From: Lingula anatina
Lineage: Eukaryota; Animalia; Brachiopoda
Length of the DNA: 64,000 bases
Assembly: GCA_051362555.1 (NCBI GenBank)
Contig: CM120647.1
Coordinates: 10,044,001-10,108,000 of the forward strand
Reading direction: 5' to 3'
Part shown: one piece after another, positions 13,540 to 25,175 of the stretch
Layout: every line of letters begins with the position of its first letter
Numbering within the stretch: position 1 is the first letter of the stretch
Notes under the pieces: generated by a model
Told to the model about the DNA's origin: nothing
Seen by the model: the letters and a program-made list of their open reading frames with translations, nothing else
Database searches by the model: none
Translations under genes and position numbers: made by a program

Positions 13540-14299
13540 TATGTTCTCAGGGTCAGGGAATGTGATAAATCAGATGACTTGTCTTATGGGTAGCACTGAC
13601 TTTGTAAATCGTGTCCGAGTAGCATCTTTTATTGTTTCTTCCCTGTATCTGTCAAACACAAGTCAATCTGCTGATAGTTAGAACCTGCCTTCAGAACTGC
13701 TTTTACGTTAACTAGGCAAGCAAACATGACATATGAAGTGCCCACACCCATGTTTTCAGCGTTAGGAAAAGTGATTAAGACATTTTCACTATAATCAAAT
13801 CAGCAATGAGTGCTACACAGTCACACTGTAGCAATTATTCGAATCTGAATTGAATTTTGCGCTGCCTTTGTGATGTAAACATATTGGATCACTCAACTGC
13901 CCCTTTCACTTAGATTTAAAAAAGATAATCTTATTAATGCAATGGAGGGATTTGCTGAATCAAGTAATTCATTTGATGCAAAGTACAGACTTCACATTTA
14001 AAATGGATTTCTTTCAAACATATTTTCTTTGAATTTTTCCCATATATTAGTAATGGGTGAAAAAACACTTGTTATCGTGTTCGATATGGCTTTAACAAAT
14101 CAACCCGTGTGAATACATCATCAGAAATTTAATTTAAATAATAATTTAATATTCAAATCAGCGTTATTAACAGCGCATGGATAATTTTATAGCTGATGAC
14201 GAGGTATTAAATTCTTATGAACTCGATATTATCAAGAATATCAGTTGGTAAGGATTTTCTCTCACACAAAAGAATCATCAATACAAATGTGAAAAATGG

Positions 14300-15262
14300 A
14301 AACTGCTAACAACGCGTGCAGCCTCTTCTAGCTGCAACCAAAGCCCTCATTCCATGCAGAGAGGTTTCTGAGAGTTTGATCCAGTATTGTGTTACATGCA
14401 TTAGTCAGAGCTTGCCTAAGCTTGTGCCGATTTGTAGGGTGGACGGGTAAGCTCTTGATTCTGCTAGCGATTTATGCCCACAGGTTTTCTATAGAATTCA
14501 TGTCAGGGGAATTTCGTCGGCCAAGGCAACTGGTTTACCTCTTGGTTTTGCAGCAAGCAGTTATTGCATGGGCATGACGTGGTCGGGCATTGTCATCTTG
14601 CAGGATGAAGTTGTCCTGGAAGTACCTTCTTGCAAATTGCAAGCAAGTATTCTCTAAAATGTCCTTGTATTTTATCTGGTTGAGGTTTCCGTCAATTGCC
14701 ACCAATAGTGTTTTGGCTCCAGAGTGGAAACCGGCCCATACACAGATACTGCCACGGCCACAAGTCACTGTAGTGTGACACAATCCTCGTGCAGTAACTC
14801 GTCTGGAAACCTACTGACTCTGATTCAGCCATCGCGGTGGTGGAACTCAAACCTTGCCTCATCTGTAAAAATCTACATGAACCCAGTGCTGTGCCTGGAA
14901 CCGCAAATGGCGTCTAGCCCACCATGTTGCTCTGTTCATAGAGTTAACCAGGTAAAAGTAGCCTTGCATTTACTAGAGTTCTAGAAACATGCTTTTGAAT
15001 GGTAATTTGCCACTCATTTTGTACAGCAAGAGTTGTATTTGTCCGGTTGTTGCGACATAACCGTAGAAGCAAGCGGTCTTCCCTTCTGGTGGTGACTTTA
15101 GGACATCCTGGCCGTGGTCTCTGTGCTAATGCACCAGTCTGTGCGTGTTTCTGTAAGATGTTAGAAACTGCTCCCTGGGACACATTCAGCTGTCTGGCAA
15201 TAGCAGTTTGCTTCTGTCCATTCTGGCATAACGCAACAATAGTGTGACAAGTTGCTGCCGTT
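14300..15262 (-). pseudogene. Degenerate Tc1-family (DD34E-type) transposase fragment
   Basis: HTH region ..QTAIARQLNVSQGAVSNIL..RPRPGCPKVTTRREDR; catalytic motifs IFTDEARF, VWAGF, FILQDDNARP, SPDMNSIENLW, broken by frameshifts. Confidence 0.9.
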
Positions 15263-16341
15263 AGTTCACATACCGTAAGGTCAGCTAAGAGTCTGCAAAA
15301 TATCAAACTCTTCTGACTGGAAGTTGTCGAAATATAGATAGTTATTCTGTAACCAACCAAAGAGGACTGCTCAGAGAAACTGCCACATATTACGTAAGGC
15401 GTGCCCTGACCTCCCCCTCTTCTTCGAATTCTGGTTCCCCTCCCTTGAAAATATAATTTTGACTAGCTGAATCATAGTTGTAAACCATACCAAATGGCAT
15501 CGTTTGCCCTCTTAAATACCAATTTGTGTGGTCCTTCAACAGGCCCCTAACCCGTTACCAAGTGGGGGGGGGGGGGGGGGGGGGGGGCTTTGCATCCGCG
15601 GACTCACCCTTCAAATAATCCTGGATCCGCCTCTGCTCACCTTGCCTTATAATTGATGGGAAATCACTGACAATTTCACTGGGAAAGCCTGACAATGCAG
15701 TGACCTTTGGTAGTTTGGCTGACACGTACTTAAGAGCAGTTCTGAAGGCAGGTTCTAACTATCAGCAGATTGACTTGTTTTTGACAGATACAGGGAAGAA
15801 ACAATAAAAGGTGCTTCTCGGACACGATTCACAAAGTCAGTGCTACCCATCAGACAAGACATCTGATTTATCACATTCCCTGACCCTGAGAACATAGGTA
15901 TAGACAATTCATTTGTCATGTTTGCTTGCCTAGTTACAGAGATACAGAAGTAAAACGGTTTTTCAGTAATGGCGATCCTAATTTGCATATTTAGGAAAAT
16001 TGCGTAAATCAAATTCTAACAGAAACATCTTAATAATGTTCCTCGACCCTGAAAATATAGGTAAAGACGCTTCATTTGTCATATTTGCCTGTTTAGTTCC
16101 AGAGGCATTGCAGAAAATAGGAAATCTGGCGGCCATTTTGTTTTTTTGCAAATTAGACCGTTAAAAACGCAAAATTTCGCTTGGGAACCGGGTAAATCGG
16201 ATTCAGCATCTCAAAATTATGCTAATAAGCCTGGTTCCCAACTTTTACCCCAAAATGCCCCTTGCCTCTTATGCAGAGCCTTTTTTCAAAAATATCACTA
16301 GACTATTTAAGTGTTTTGGCGTTTGATTCCCGTAGCCTTAA

Positions 16342-18525
16342 AGGAGAATAGACTCATAAAAATCCATTTTTCGAATTCTGAAGATTCAGCACTCAGTCTA
16401 TACACTAGAGGTATGTTTTAATCGATCCCCGCCATTTAGAAATTATAAAAAAAACAACAATCTATTAGTAGAAAAAAGCGTTTTAGTAAACCTCACGTGG
16501 TACTGTGACGACAATTGGGATAGAGGTCTATGAGGCTCAACTGAGCTGCATGGTGCATACAGATGGAGAAGTTTAGAAAAGTTGTGTTGAATAGAATTGA
16601 CCAATTTTCGTTATGCCTCGGTGTGTTGCCGTGGGATTCACCCAAATTGCAGCTCTCGTTGACAATCTTTCTTTGTCTGTGACGGTCTCTTGTGACTTAC
16701 TTACTAACTTCGGTGCTCGAGATCATGGTCACCTCAGGAGGTTTAGATTATATCAGGAGCTGGTAGTCTTTCAGATTAACTGTCATTAGTTGGCGAACTT
16801 ACTGATTCCTGATGCATTTTAAATGCATTGTAGTTGACCAAGAGCTCGTTTACAACAAACCTGTTAATTATGCACCGTTGCACTTCCCAACCCAGGTAAT
16901 AACAGGTATCAAAATCGTCTTGGTGGGCTTTCATATTTTTCAATATATCTCATTTATCTCATGGGGTTATTTTATTGGTATTTGTAAATGACGTAAAATA
17001 TCAATATTTAAGCAATTGAGTTTAAACACCGTCGCGAACATTAATAAAAGTAATTGCTCTCAGGCTATCTTGAAGCATGCGTATGCCCAGGCATTACTTC
17101 CGTGGAAGAAAACGTGTTGAAGAACAAACAGAAAAAAGAGTGGTATATTAAAGAAAAAATGGGAACTTATGTAATAAAATGGTTCGAAATCCTAATTAGA
17201 TCATGTTTTGAGGATTTGTTTCTGAAGGTTATTTCATCTGAAGTATAAAACAATTTAAAATATTTATTATTTTATACCTTGAAATACAAGTTCTGCGTCT
17301 GTACACAAAACTTTTTGCAAATTTGTATGCTTTGTCAAACCCAAAACCATGTAGCAGATCAAGGTAAAAGAGAATTGTTTGCTATAAGTAGCATGGAAAA
17401 AATCATTACTTGAATGTTTACTAAATGTGCCGTTTTACATACGCTAGTATAAAAAATTTAAAAAAATCCAAGCACGTACAGCAAAATGTAGATTAACGCA
17501 AAACGTCAAGAACAACGTAATCACAGCAAATGTGCCCCATATAGTAGCTTAATTTCCATTAATAATAAAATCATCATTTAAGTCAAAAATTGTCTGGCGA
17601 TTTAATAAAATTTCCAATTTACCCAGAACGGTATATTTATTTAAAAGGAGGCTAACTGAAATATAGTTTTATTATTTGTTTGTGAAAATTGCCCATGTCA
17701 CCCTGTTAGTTAAGAGGTCTAAGCTGGATCAAGTCCGTGCTAAATTCCTATGAAGCTGTGCAGGAAAAATTCTTCCTTTGTTTCTCTAGCTCCTCAATAA
17801 ATCTGGTGTTCAGATTTTATCTAGTACCCCCAGGTCTGCGGGAGCTGCTCTTTGAAACTTACGCACAGGTAGATTTTTACCTGAGATAAATATCGCCAGC
17901 CATTTAACCCTCTAATTAAGAGGTAAAGGAAGTTCCAGTTAGATAGATGATTAGATAGGACTTGTAAAGGTAACGGGCATTGTTTACCTCAGTTTAAGAA
18001 AAGTATGCAAGACGGAGTGTCAGCGGTTTAATAAAATTAATTGAAATTAACAAATAACATGGCCCTCATATGCAATAATCAACAGTACCCTTAACTCATT
18101 CAAATGCAGTGTTATACAACTTGGGATGACCATAATTAAAGGCTTGTTAAAGAATTGACTAGAAGGGAATGGTTTTACACAGCTTCACGAGGATTCAGAC
18201 CCCTCGGGTAAGAGATATGAATGAGTATTATTTTTTATTAGAAGCCAGAGAAGTCATCTTACAGGTAGACAATGCAGCTCAGTTTGACAGCTAAGCACGC
18301 TCTGTTCTCCGGGTGGCTCGATTCTCGTCATCGGACCACGTGACCACGTAGCTCATTAACTCCCAGGCCAAGCAAATAGGACGTTTCTTAAAGCCAAAAA
18401 TTTACAAAATGAGCTTTTAATTTGTTCACATACCGTAAGGTCACATGTTTTCATGTTTTCGCATGTTTTCTGAAGAATACATGTATGTTCCGTTGAGGCC
18501 ATTTTGACGGTATGCCGCAAACCCT
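16342..18525. mobile_element. TTAA-specific insertion with AGG...CCT termini (Kolobok-like, non-autonomous or composite)
   Basis: TTAA at 16338-16341 and 18526-18529. Removing it restores the paralog codons ..GAA GCC CTT AAG GCT ACG (EALKAT). The termini match only over AGG/CCT. Confidence 0.7.
17465..17697 (+). repeat. Dispersed direct repeat (about 235 bp); other copy at about 38465-38696
   Basis: caagcacgtacagcaaaatgtaga...ttgtgaaaattgcccatgt at both sites. Confidence 0.85.
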
Positions 18526-20974
18526 TTAAGGGCTTCAGTGAGATTAACAGATTTTTGTTTTCTTGTATATTATTCAAGTACCTTTCGGTAGCGATCATGT
18601 ACTAAGCTAAGATTTCTAAGTGTAACTGGCTTTTCCTCGTTGGAGAAGGTTCATGTGGTATTTTTAGCTTTAACTGTTGTCCTGATTTGATGTTCCATAG
18701 CGATCTGTGGCGTTGTTTCGTTGGTGTTGTTTTCCAGGTTGTCCTGCTGCAGGGAATTGTTTTCATGTTCCACATTGGGTACACTGTCCTGGTAGTGCAG
18801 CACTACGACCCTGTAGTCAGTGCGGCCGACTTCCACGCATTTTACTTTCTGTTTGCTACAGTAATTACAAAGCAAGTGTGCTTCCCTCTGGACATTTTCT
18901 AAGACGACATACGTTGCCTTTCCTTTACGATCTTCACTTCGATTTTGACACACATAATATGTTTCATTGGGAACATTAAACGTCTTTGTCGGAATTTCTA
19001 CATTTGCACCCTTCTGTCCTTGTTTAAATGGTTGAAAAATTCCCGCATTTAGCCAAGTAATCAAGCTCGACCCCGCATTACCGCACGTCTGTCGTTAACG
19101 AATACCTACTGACTACAAAATTACTAAACCATTGAATTTCCTAGTGTGATTGGTACAACATAATTGTCCTTGATTGACAAAAACACCCTGAAACACCCTG
19201 AAATACCGGCTAGGTTGGGTCTCTTCTGAACACACTTTTGTACATTTTACAATGTCTTGGTTGAAATGAAAGATATTAAAATGTGTATGAGTTGTAAGTA
19301 TTTTTGTGTTGTTTTTAAGTTATAGGGCCTCTTTTCACAGTCGTAACACCTTTAAAATGGGGTCATGTCGATACCCCCCCCCCCCCCCCGTACCGTTACT
19401 CCCCCGCACCGATACTCCTCCGCACCATTTCTCCCCCGCACCGATACTCCCCTTGTCAGGAACCAAAGTATGTAAAAAGTGTAATTAGTACTTTGAACTT
19501 TCATACATGATGTTATATTAACTCAATGTGTAACAGTAAAAAGGCAGAAATTAATATTTTTCCAGTCATGGTTTCTTGTTGATGTAGAATTCATTCTGCG
19601 ATATTGGGGTCGCTAAAGTCATAAGCATAAGAACACGTTTGATCCGACGAAGGAATTGTCTCTGCATTGGAGAGAGGTCGTGTGTGGACGAAAGTTAGTT
19701 TCAGTCTGAGAAAGAGTGGGTGTAAATAGATATGTTAGGATTTCCTTCTCACAGGGGTGGAGAAGTTAAAAATATTGCCCTCAAGTTATGATTTATATAT
19801 ATATAGTTCTGAGTATGGATGTGTGAAGGCATAATTATATTCAAACAGAGTTCTAGTGACCATAATGGATAACAAAAAGTCTTACCTTTTCCGTGGGTTA
19901 AGGAATTTTCAGGCAACCGTGCCAGCTTTGGCCAGGGCAGGTTTGGTTGGTCTGGGCGCAGGTGCGCATTCGTCTCAGACAATATGGGAATTCTTTTACT
20001 TGATGGGATCGGTGGCTTGTTAACGTTTTGGCCTCACTAAGGACAAGAAAGAACGGGGCGTGTTTCCTAAGAAATAATTGACAGGTAATTGTTGGTGAAT
20101 AATCTCCTGGAGTTGGAGATGTTTGGCTGGAGAAAGCCGGTGTTGGGTTCTCCTTGTTAGAGGCAGGAGACACATTTTTGGGCCGGCCGGTCCGGACCTA
20201 AAGTGGTCAGTTAATTAATATATTCCATGGAGATGGAGATGGATTATAGGATCCATGGCAGTATGTGCAGTATATTTTTAGTTTAATTATTAGTGAGTAA
20301 TAGGTGAGAGATGTTTACGTCGAGTATTAAGACGGGATCGACCCAAGGGACACAGTTGTGGCTTGGTATATCAGTCCAGCCAACTTGGTGACTCTAACCA
20401 GGTGGTTGCATAGCCAGTCAATACTCAGGCAAAATAAGAACATGGGCAAGGTACAGTTAATAAGTACATTGGGAGATAAGTAAATATCACCTGTGTAGTT
20501 AGATATGCATGGCAATAATAATCTTATATTGAATCTTTAACCTTGTATTTGTTGCAGTTATACAGTGGTGGAGAGAAAAGAAGATGTGTATTCTACTTTT
20601 CATAGGGTAATCATATTTTTTAAATTAATTTTTCCCCACTTGGGGAGCGTGTTTTTTTTTTCATACTTTCAGGTTAACGGTGCGTCTTACACCAGGCACT
20701 GAGATCTAAGCAACGCTCGTTTCGTCTTCATCCGGGGTATACAGAAAGTCAACGACAGTGTGGTGTGATAGCTAGGGATTTTCCACCTGCGGAGGCATCG
20801 TTGATCTCCAAACTTCGAGTCGTCTTTCAAATACGTAACGCTCTGGCAACCTGCAATCTCCGATGCGGCTGGGCCCGTGATCAGCGCCATTCCTATCATC
20901 ATCGTGGGCTACGTATTTCCGTAATTTTATGAAGAGATCCTTACTACGCAAGTGACTACGCGCATGATATACAT

Positions 20975-22075
20975 GTACCTTAATACATAATCTACAGTTT
21001 CCCTATAACAGCTAGAGGTTGTGATTTATCATTTATTAAGACTTTAGGGAATGTTTGTGTGTAAAGTTTTTTCATGTATAACTATTAAAAACTCTATTTT
21101 TTCTATGCTTGTTCAACATGACTGAGACCAGGAAGAACCATTTTGCCATTCCTTGATATGCAATTAATTTAACAAAAGTGGTTTTATCTCAAAATACTGT
21201 GGCAATGAGCACCATCACATCTTTTGACGAACTTTTAAGGGATAAAAAATTTTCTTGAGCTGTGCTGGCTGTTGCTAATGATAACATATATTGGTAATCA
21301 GTGTACTTAAATTTGTCATATTATTTTAGGTTTGAACCACCAAAAGAAAGGTATATTCAGTTAAACAATACATTGTTTTTAGTTTAATATGCAAGTTTTC
21401 TGCGCAGATGACATGGTTTGTTTGCAAAAGTGCTATTTATTAAAGATAAATCAATTCAGATGCAAATATGAACTGATACTGGACCTCAGGTAAATTTGTA
21501 AAATTTAATTTTTTGGCTAGAATTGAAGAGTGGTCCAAGTTTTAAAAGGGAATTTAGTGTTCATTGGCTAATTGTCTTAAGTATAAAATAAAATAATCAC
21601 CACATCAAAATAAAAACTAACCATTTTTGTATTGCTTTAATCACTGTTGGGTGTAACAATATTGACATATTTTCATTGCTGGTACTTTGTTTTAGATGTT
21701 ATACAAGTTGCTCGAATGTTGAAATAAAGCAATATCAATCGATGAAAATATTTCTTTCATTTTTCTTTTAATGAATTTAAATTATTAGTTGGCCTCATGT
21801 AATATACAAAATATAAACAAAAATATGTATTCATGAAATTTTATTTAGAATCATACTAAGTACAATAACTTATTTTCATTTCCCCAATTTTCCGGTTTAA
21901 GCTTTTCTCTACCTGGTATATAAGCAATAATGTGCCAAAAAAGAAAGAAACGAGGCTGGCATACGGAAATTGCAAGCACTACTGTTTTGTGTACACGGCT
22001 GTGAATCGAATGTGTCATTCCTAGATGAAGGTAAATTTCCTTTACACGCCTTCACACGACAAAAAGAATTTAAAA
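20975..22075. repeat. About 1.1-kb segment (block B') in inverted orientation relative to 61678-62786
   Basis: Continuous reverse-complement similarity, e.g. cgaggctggcatacggaaa / tttccgtatgccagcctcg. Confidence 0.9.
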
Positions 22076-22759
22076 CTAGACTGCAACTGGCTAAAGCCAG
22101 TGGCGGAGGATTCCCCTGCAAAATAGGTGTGTAAATGCTCTTACAAGGTCATGTGAAGGTCATGGGTTAAATTTGACCCCATATTCTGAAAGAGCATGTG
22201 TGAATTGGGGGGGGGGGGCAGCAAACGACGCTTTTAGCCCACTTCGATATTCCTCCATGGAATAGCCAAATGACCTTGAAAATGAGGGCCAAGGTCAAAT
22301 TTGACATTTGATTTGGGGGCTTTGGGCATATGTTTAGGGTAGTTTACTATAGCATGCTATGACCAAAAACCAGTGTTTCATGGAGAAATTGCCAAACTCA
22401 AGATTTCTGCAATGTCATAAATATTTAAAAATCTACATTAAAAAAGTAATTAGGCAATCGCTACCAAACTACGGCTAACCTTAGATAAATATGTAGGGCA
22501 TCATTTGCCACTATGATCGGGGCTCTGGACCTTCCGGTTTTTCAGATCTCGGAAACCTTTTTTGAGCCCGTTTGGCCATTAGCGACCTTGACCTTGACCT
22601 ACTTGCATAAAAGTAAGTCATTATCTGTGGATTTGGCTAAGTATCATTGGCCATAAGGCCCTTTGCCATATGGCTTATACTTTAGGCCTAATGGTAATTT
22701 CAAATTTTACAAATTTTGTCTTTAAAAACCACTGTGACCTTGAAAAGTAGGTCAATCTG

Positions 22760-22928
22760 CAAAAATACTTAAGTTATTGCAGCCTCCTTTGCAGTCCCCT
22801 GCAAAATATTTAAGTTATTGCAGCCCCCTTTGCAGTCTGCCTGCTCAAGGAGACTGCACACTGGAGCCCCAGACTGCAAAAGGACAGTCTCACTGGCAGT
22901 CTCTCTGGCAGCCCCATTCTAGCTGGGT
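22760..22928. mobile_element. Probable right end of an EnSpm/CACTA-like element (...GCTGGG terminus, subterminal tgcag repeats)
   Basis: Short tgcagtc/gactgca repeats ending in ctagctggg|ta. Partner end not identified. Confidence 0.4.
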
Positions 22929-24240
22929 AAATATAACGTTATAAGTATAACATTATAAGAGCTAAGCATTAGACCTCGACAAACTAATGTCCATTTTTAA
23001 ACAACAACCAGAAAAAAGGGCGCCATGTCAAAGTTATGAGCTGACAAATTGCTTTAAACCTTATAATAATCATCCGTTTTTCAGATCGCACAATGGAAAA
23101 AGAGATAAATATATTTAAAAGTAAGTGAAAAGGTTTATATAAAAAAAAAGAATAGGAAAAATATCGAGCAGTGGCACAAGGACAATTTAACTCCAGCGTG
23201 GAACAGGGAAAAGACTGACAGCGTGATCACACTATACATGTATAAAGTACGGGCAATTAACGATGAATGACAGCGGTTAACAGAGGAGGGGGGACCTTAC
23301 AAATGCTGGCAATCTACTGTTAAACACGACGGCTATCATTTCTAAAACAAACTTAAACCAGGCCTAAATAATAAGATAGTTTAATAAGATTATTGCTGTA
23401 AAATAATAATGTTAATTCAACGAAGAATGTGTCATTCACAATGTTAATAAAATAAGACTGGTTCAAGCCAATTATCCATATTAAATAAATCTATTTAGTG
23501 ATTGAGGCTACACTTCAGCTTGTTCTGTAAATATATTTTTTAATGTTTTAATATTAATGTTGCTTTCTTTGTTACTTTTAATCTTTATTTAGGATGGAAA
23601 TTTATATACGGGGCATCTTTAATCTTCAAACTTTTTGGCCATTATCATTCATAATTTATAAATACTCTCTGCAATAAGAATTTTGAGACAATTGTTCATC
23701 ATGCTGAAGCACAATGCTGTTGCTTATATGCATGTTAATCAAATTCAGTTTTTGACTACGGAACACTTCATACTGAATTAAATAACTGATACCAAATTAA
23801 ACTAGAAGTTTGCTAGCAACACTTAAAACATAATCAGCTGCGCGTGCAAAGCTAGTAAACAAAAGGACAGTTCGCTATAGGAGACGGTTTATTGGCACGC
23901 GGTAGCATGGGTTCTAGCCTCTTAAAGCTATAATCCTACCGCCGCAACAAACAAAAGGGACGTTCTGGCTGATGTATCCTGCTGTTAATTACACCTAGGC
24001 ACAGTTGATTAGAGCGCTGAAGTTTCAAAAACGAACCTGGCAATCAGAAACTAGTGTCGTTTTTGAAAAACGATTCTGGCAACCAGAAACTAGTGTCATT
24101 TTTCAAAAAAACGATTCTGGCATCCAGAAGCTAGTGTCGTTTTTCAAAAACCGATTCTGAGAAGCGAGAATCGTTTTTGCGAAGAGAAACAGGGGTGGGC
24201 AGAGGGAGAGCCAACCAGAGGTGTGCGTGCACCGCGACTA

Positions 24241-24372
24241 GGGGACCGTTCACATGGAAAGTCTATTTTCTAAAAATCTATTTTCTATTCGAGGTATCTT
24301 GTGATCACGGAAGTAACTGGCTCGCGCTGCCAGTAATTACGCGGCGGGATATTCAGATCACAGACCGTTTCT
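24241..24372. mobile_element. One-arm fragment of the 28955-29476 MITE family
   Basis: cgttcacatggaaagtctattttctaaaaatctattttctattcg is shared. Confidence 0.8.
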
Positions 24373-25114
24373 GATGCCCAGAGACCAGTGTCGTTTTTTG
24401 AAATATTCATTAAAATTAAAAATTACACTTCAAACTACAAAGGGAGGCCACGGGGGCCCCTTCCCCCTCTTCAACCTCACCCTCATTTCCCATCCCACCC
24501 CCACCCCCACTTAAACATTGCCGGTGTGACGGAACTGAGAGTCCGGTGTGAGGCAGAGTCCGGGACTGTCAGATTCAGACACCAGGTGTCCATAGGACAG
24601 TCTGCTTTGAAATACAGGGTCCCTTCAGACCCTGAATAATTTTAATATTTGAGTGTCCCCCGGACTCTCTTTTATACTAGACCCCACGTTCCGTTACAGT
24701 TATGGCGAAACAGAGAGTCGGGAAGTCCGATAATAAATGAGAATATTATGTATTTCTGTCTTCTAGTTATATGTTATCCGTGTCTATAGGTTAAAAAAAA
24801 GCTTAAACTATTGAGCCGATGAATTTCTAGGTGGTTGGCCCAGCGACCTCATGGACGAGTGGAACAGCGTCAGGCACTTATGACCAATGTAAGTAGAGTA
24901 CAGGTTGTCCTTGCGTTTCGTGTTCGATCCCTATACCTCCTTTAAATTATAATTCATTTATTTCGTTACCATTGCAATTTTATTATTTTTAATAATGATA
25001 AAAATGAAAAATTTTATGACACAGTAGATTGATGGTTATATCACAGCAAAAATACCCTTAACCGAGATGGAATAGGCAAATAAATGTAACTGAAAACATG
25101 TAATCGAGCACTTG

Positions 25115-25121
<7 letters not shown>

Positions 25122-25172
<51 letters not shown>
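25122..25172. repeat. (TA)n microsatellite
   Basis: Seen directly. Confidence 0.9.

Positions 25173-25175
<3 letters not shown>

Larger units (their letters stand above)
12550..16305. mobile_element. Non-autonomous Academ-like DNA transposon with long (about 0.55 kb) imperfect TIRs and a 3-bp TSD (TTT)
   Basis: Termini TAGTCTAGTG...CACTAGACTA are flanked by ttt/ttt, and removing the element restores the paralog sequence. A remnant at about 15643-15860 reads CLIIDGKSLTISLGKPDNAVTFGSLADTYLRAVLKAGSNYQQIDL/FDRYREETIKG, resembling the XPG/PIN-like region of Academ transposases. Confidence 0.75.
12330..19035 (-). pseudogene. Transposon-disrupted pseudogene paralog of the 56555-58555 B-box/CCDC106-like gene
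   Basis: Three pieces: 18530-19035 (KQGQ..EIP..FNVPNE.YYVCQNR..KGKATYVV..LLCNYC..LHY, then KPVTLRNLSLVHDRYRKVLE*..NLTEAL), 16306-16341 (KATGIKRQ-TL) and 12330-12549 (KDRHGIAE..DRQKYNALEKKARESFF..KLLPFDIQAYKTQ*). Frameshifts and an in-frame stop are present. Downstream non-coding sequence (about 12090-12330) aligns with 58555-58775. Confidence 0.9.

Noticed and set aside
19749-20173. Two overlapping minus-strand ORFs upstream of the pseudogene, as its possible missing N-terminus or a gag knuckle
   Set aside because: No similarity to aa 1-215 of the intact protein and no complete CCHC motif.
20330-20410. tRNA-like A/B boxes on the minus strand
   Set aside because: No convincing cloverleaf; at most a SINE-like relic.
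24030-24160. About 36-bp repeats (also at 28400-28590) resembling a CRISPR array
   Set aside because: Head-to-tail with no unique spacers, no cas genes, eukaryotic context; they are TIR subrepeats.
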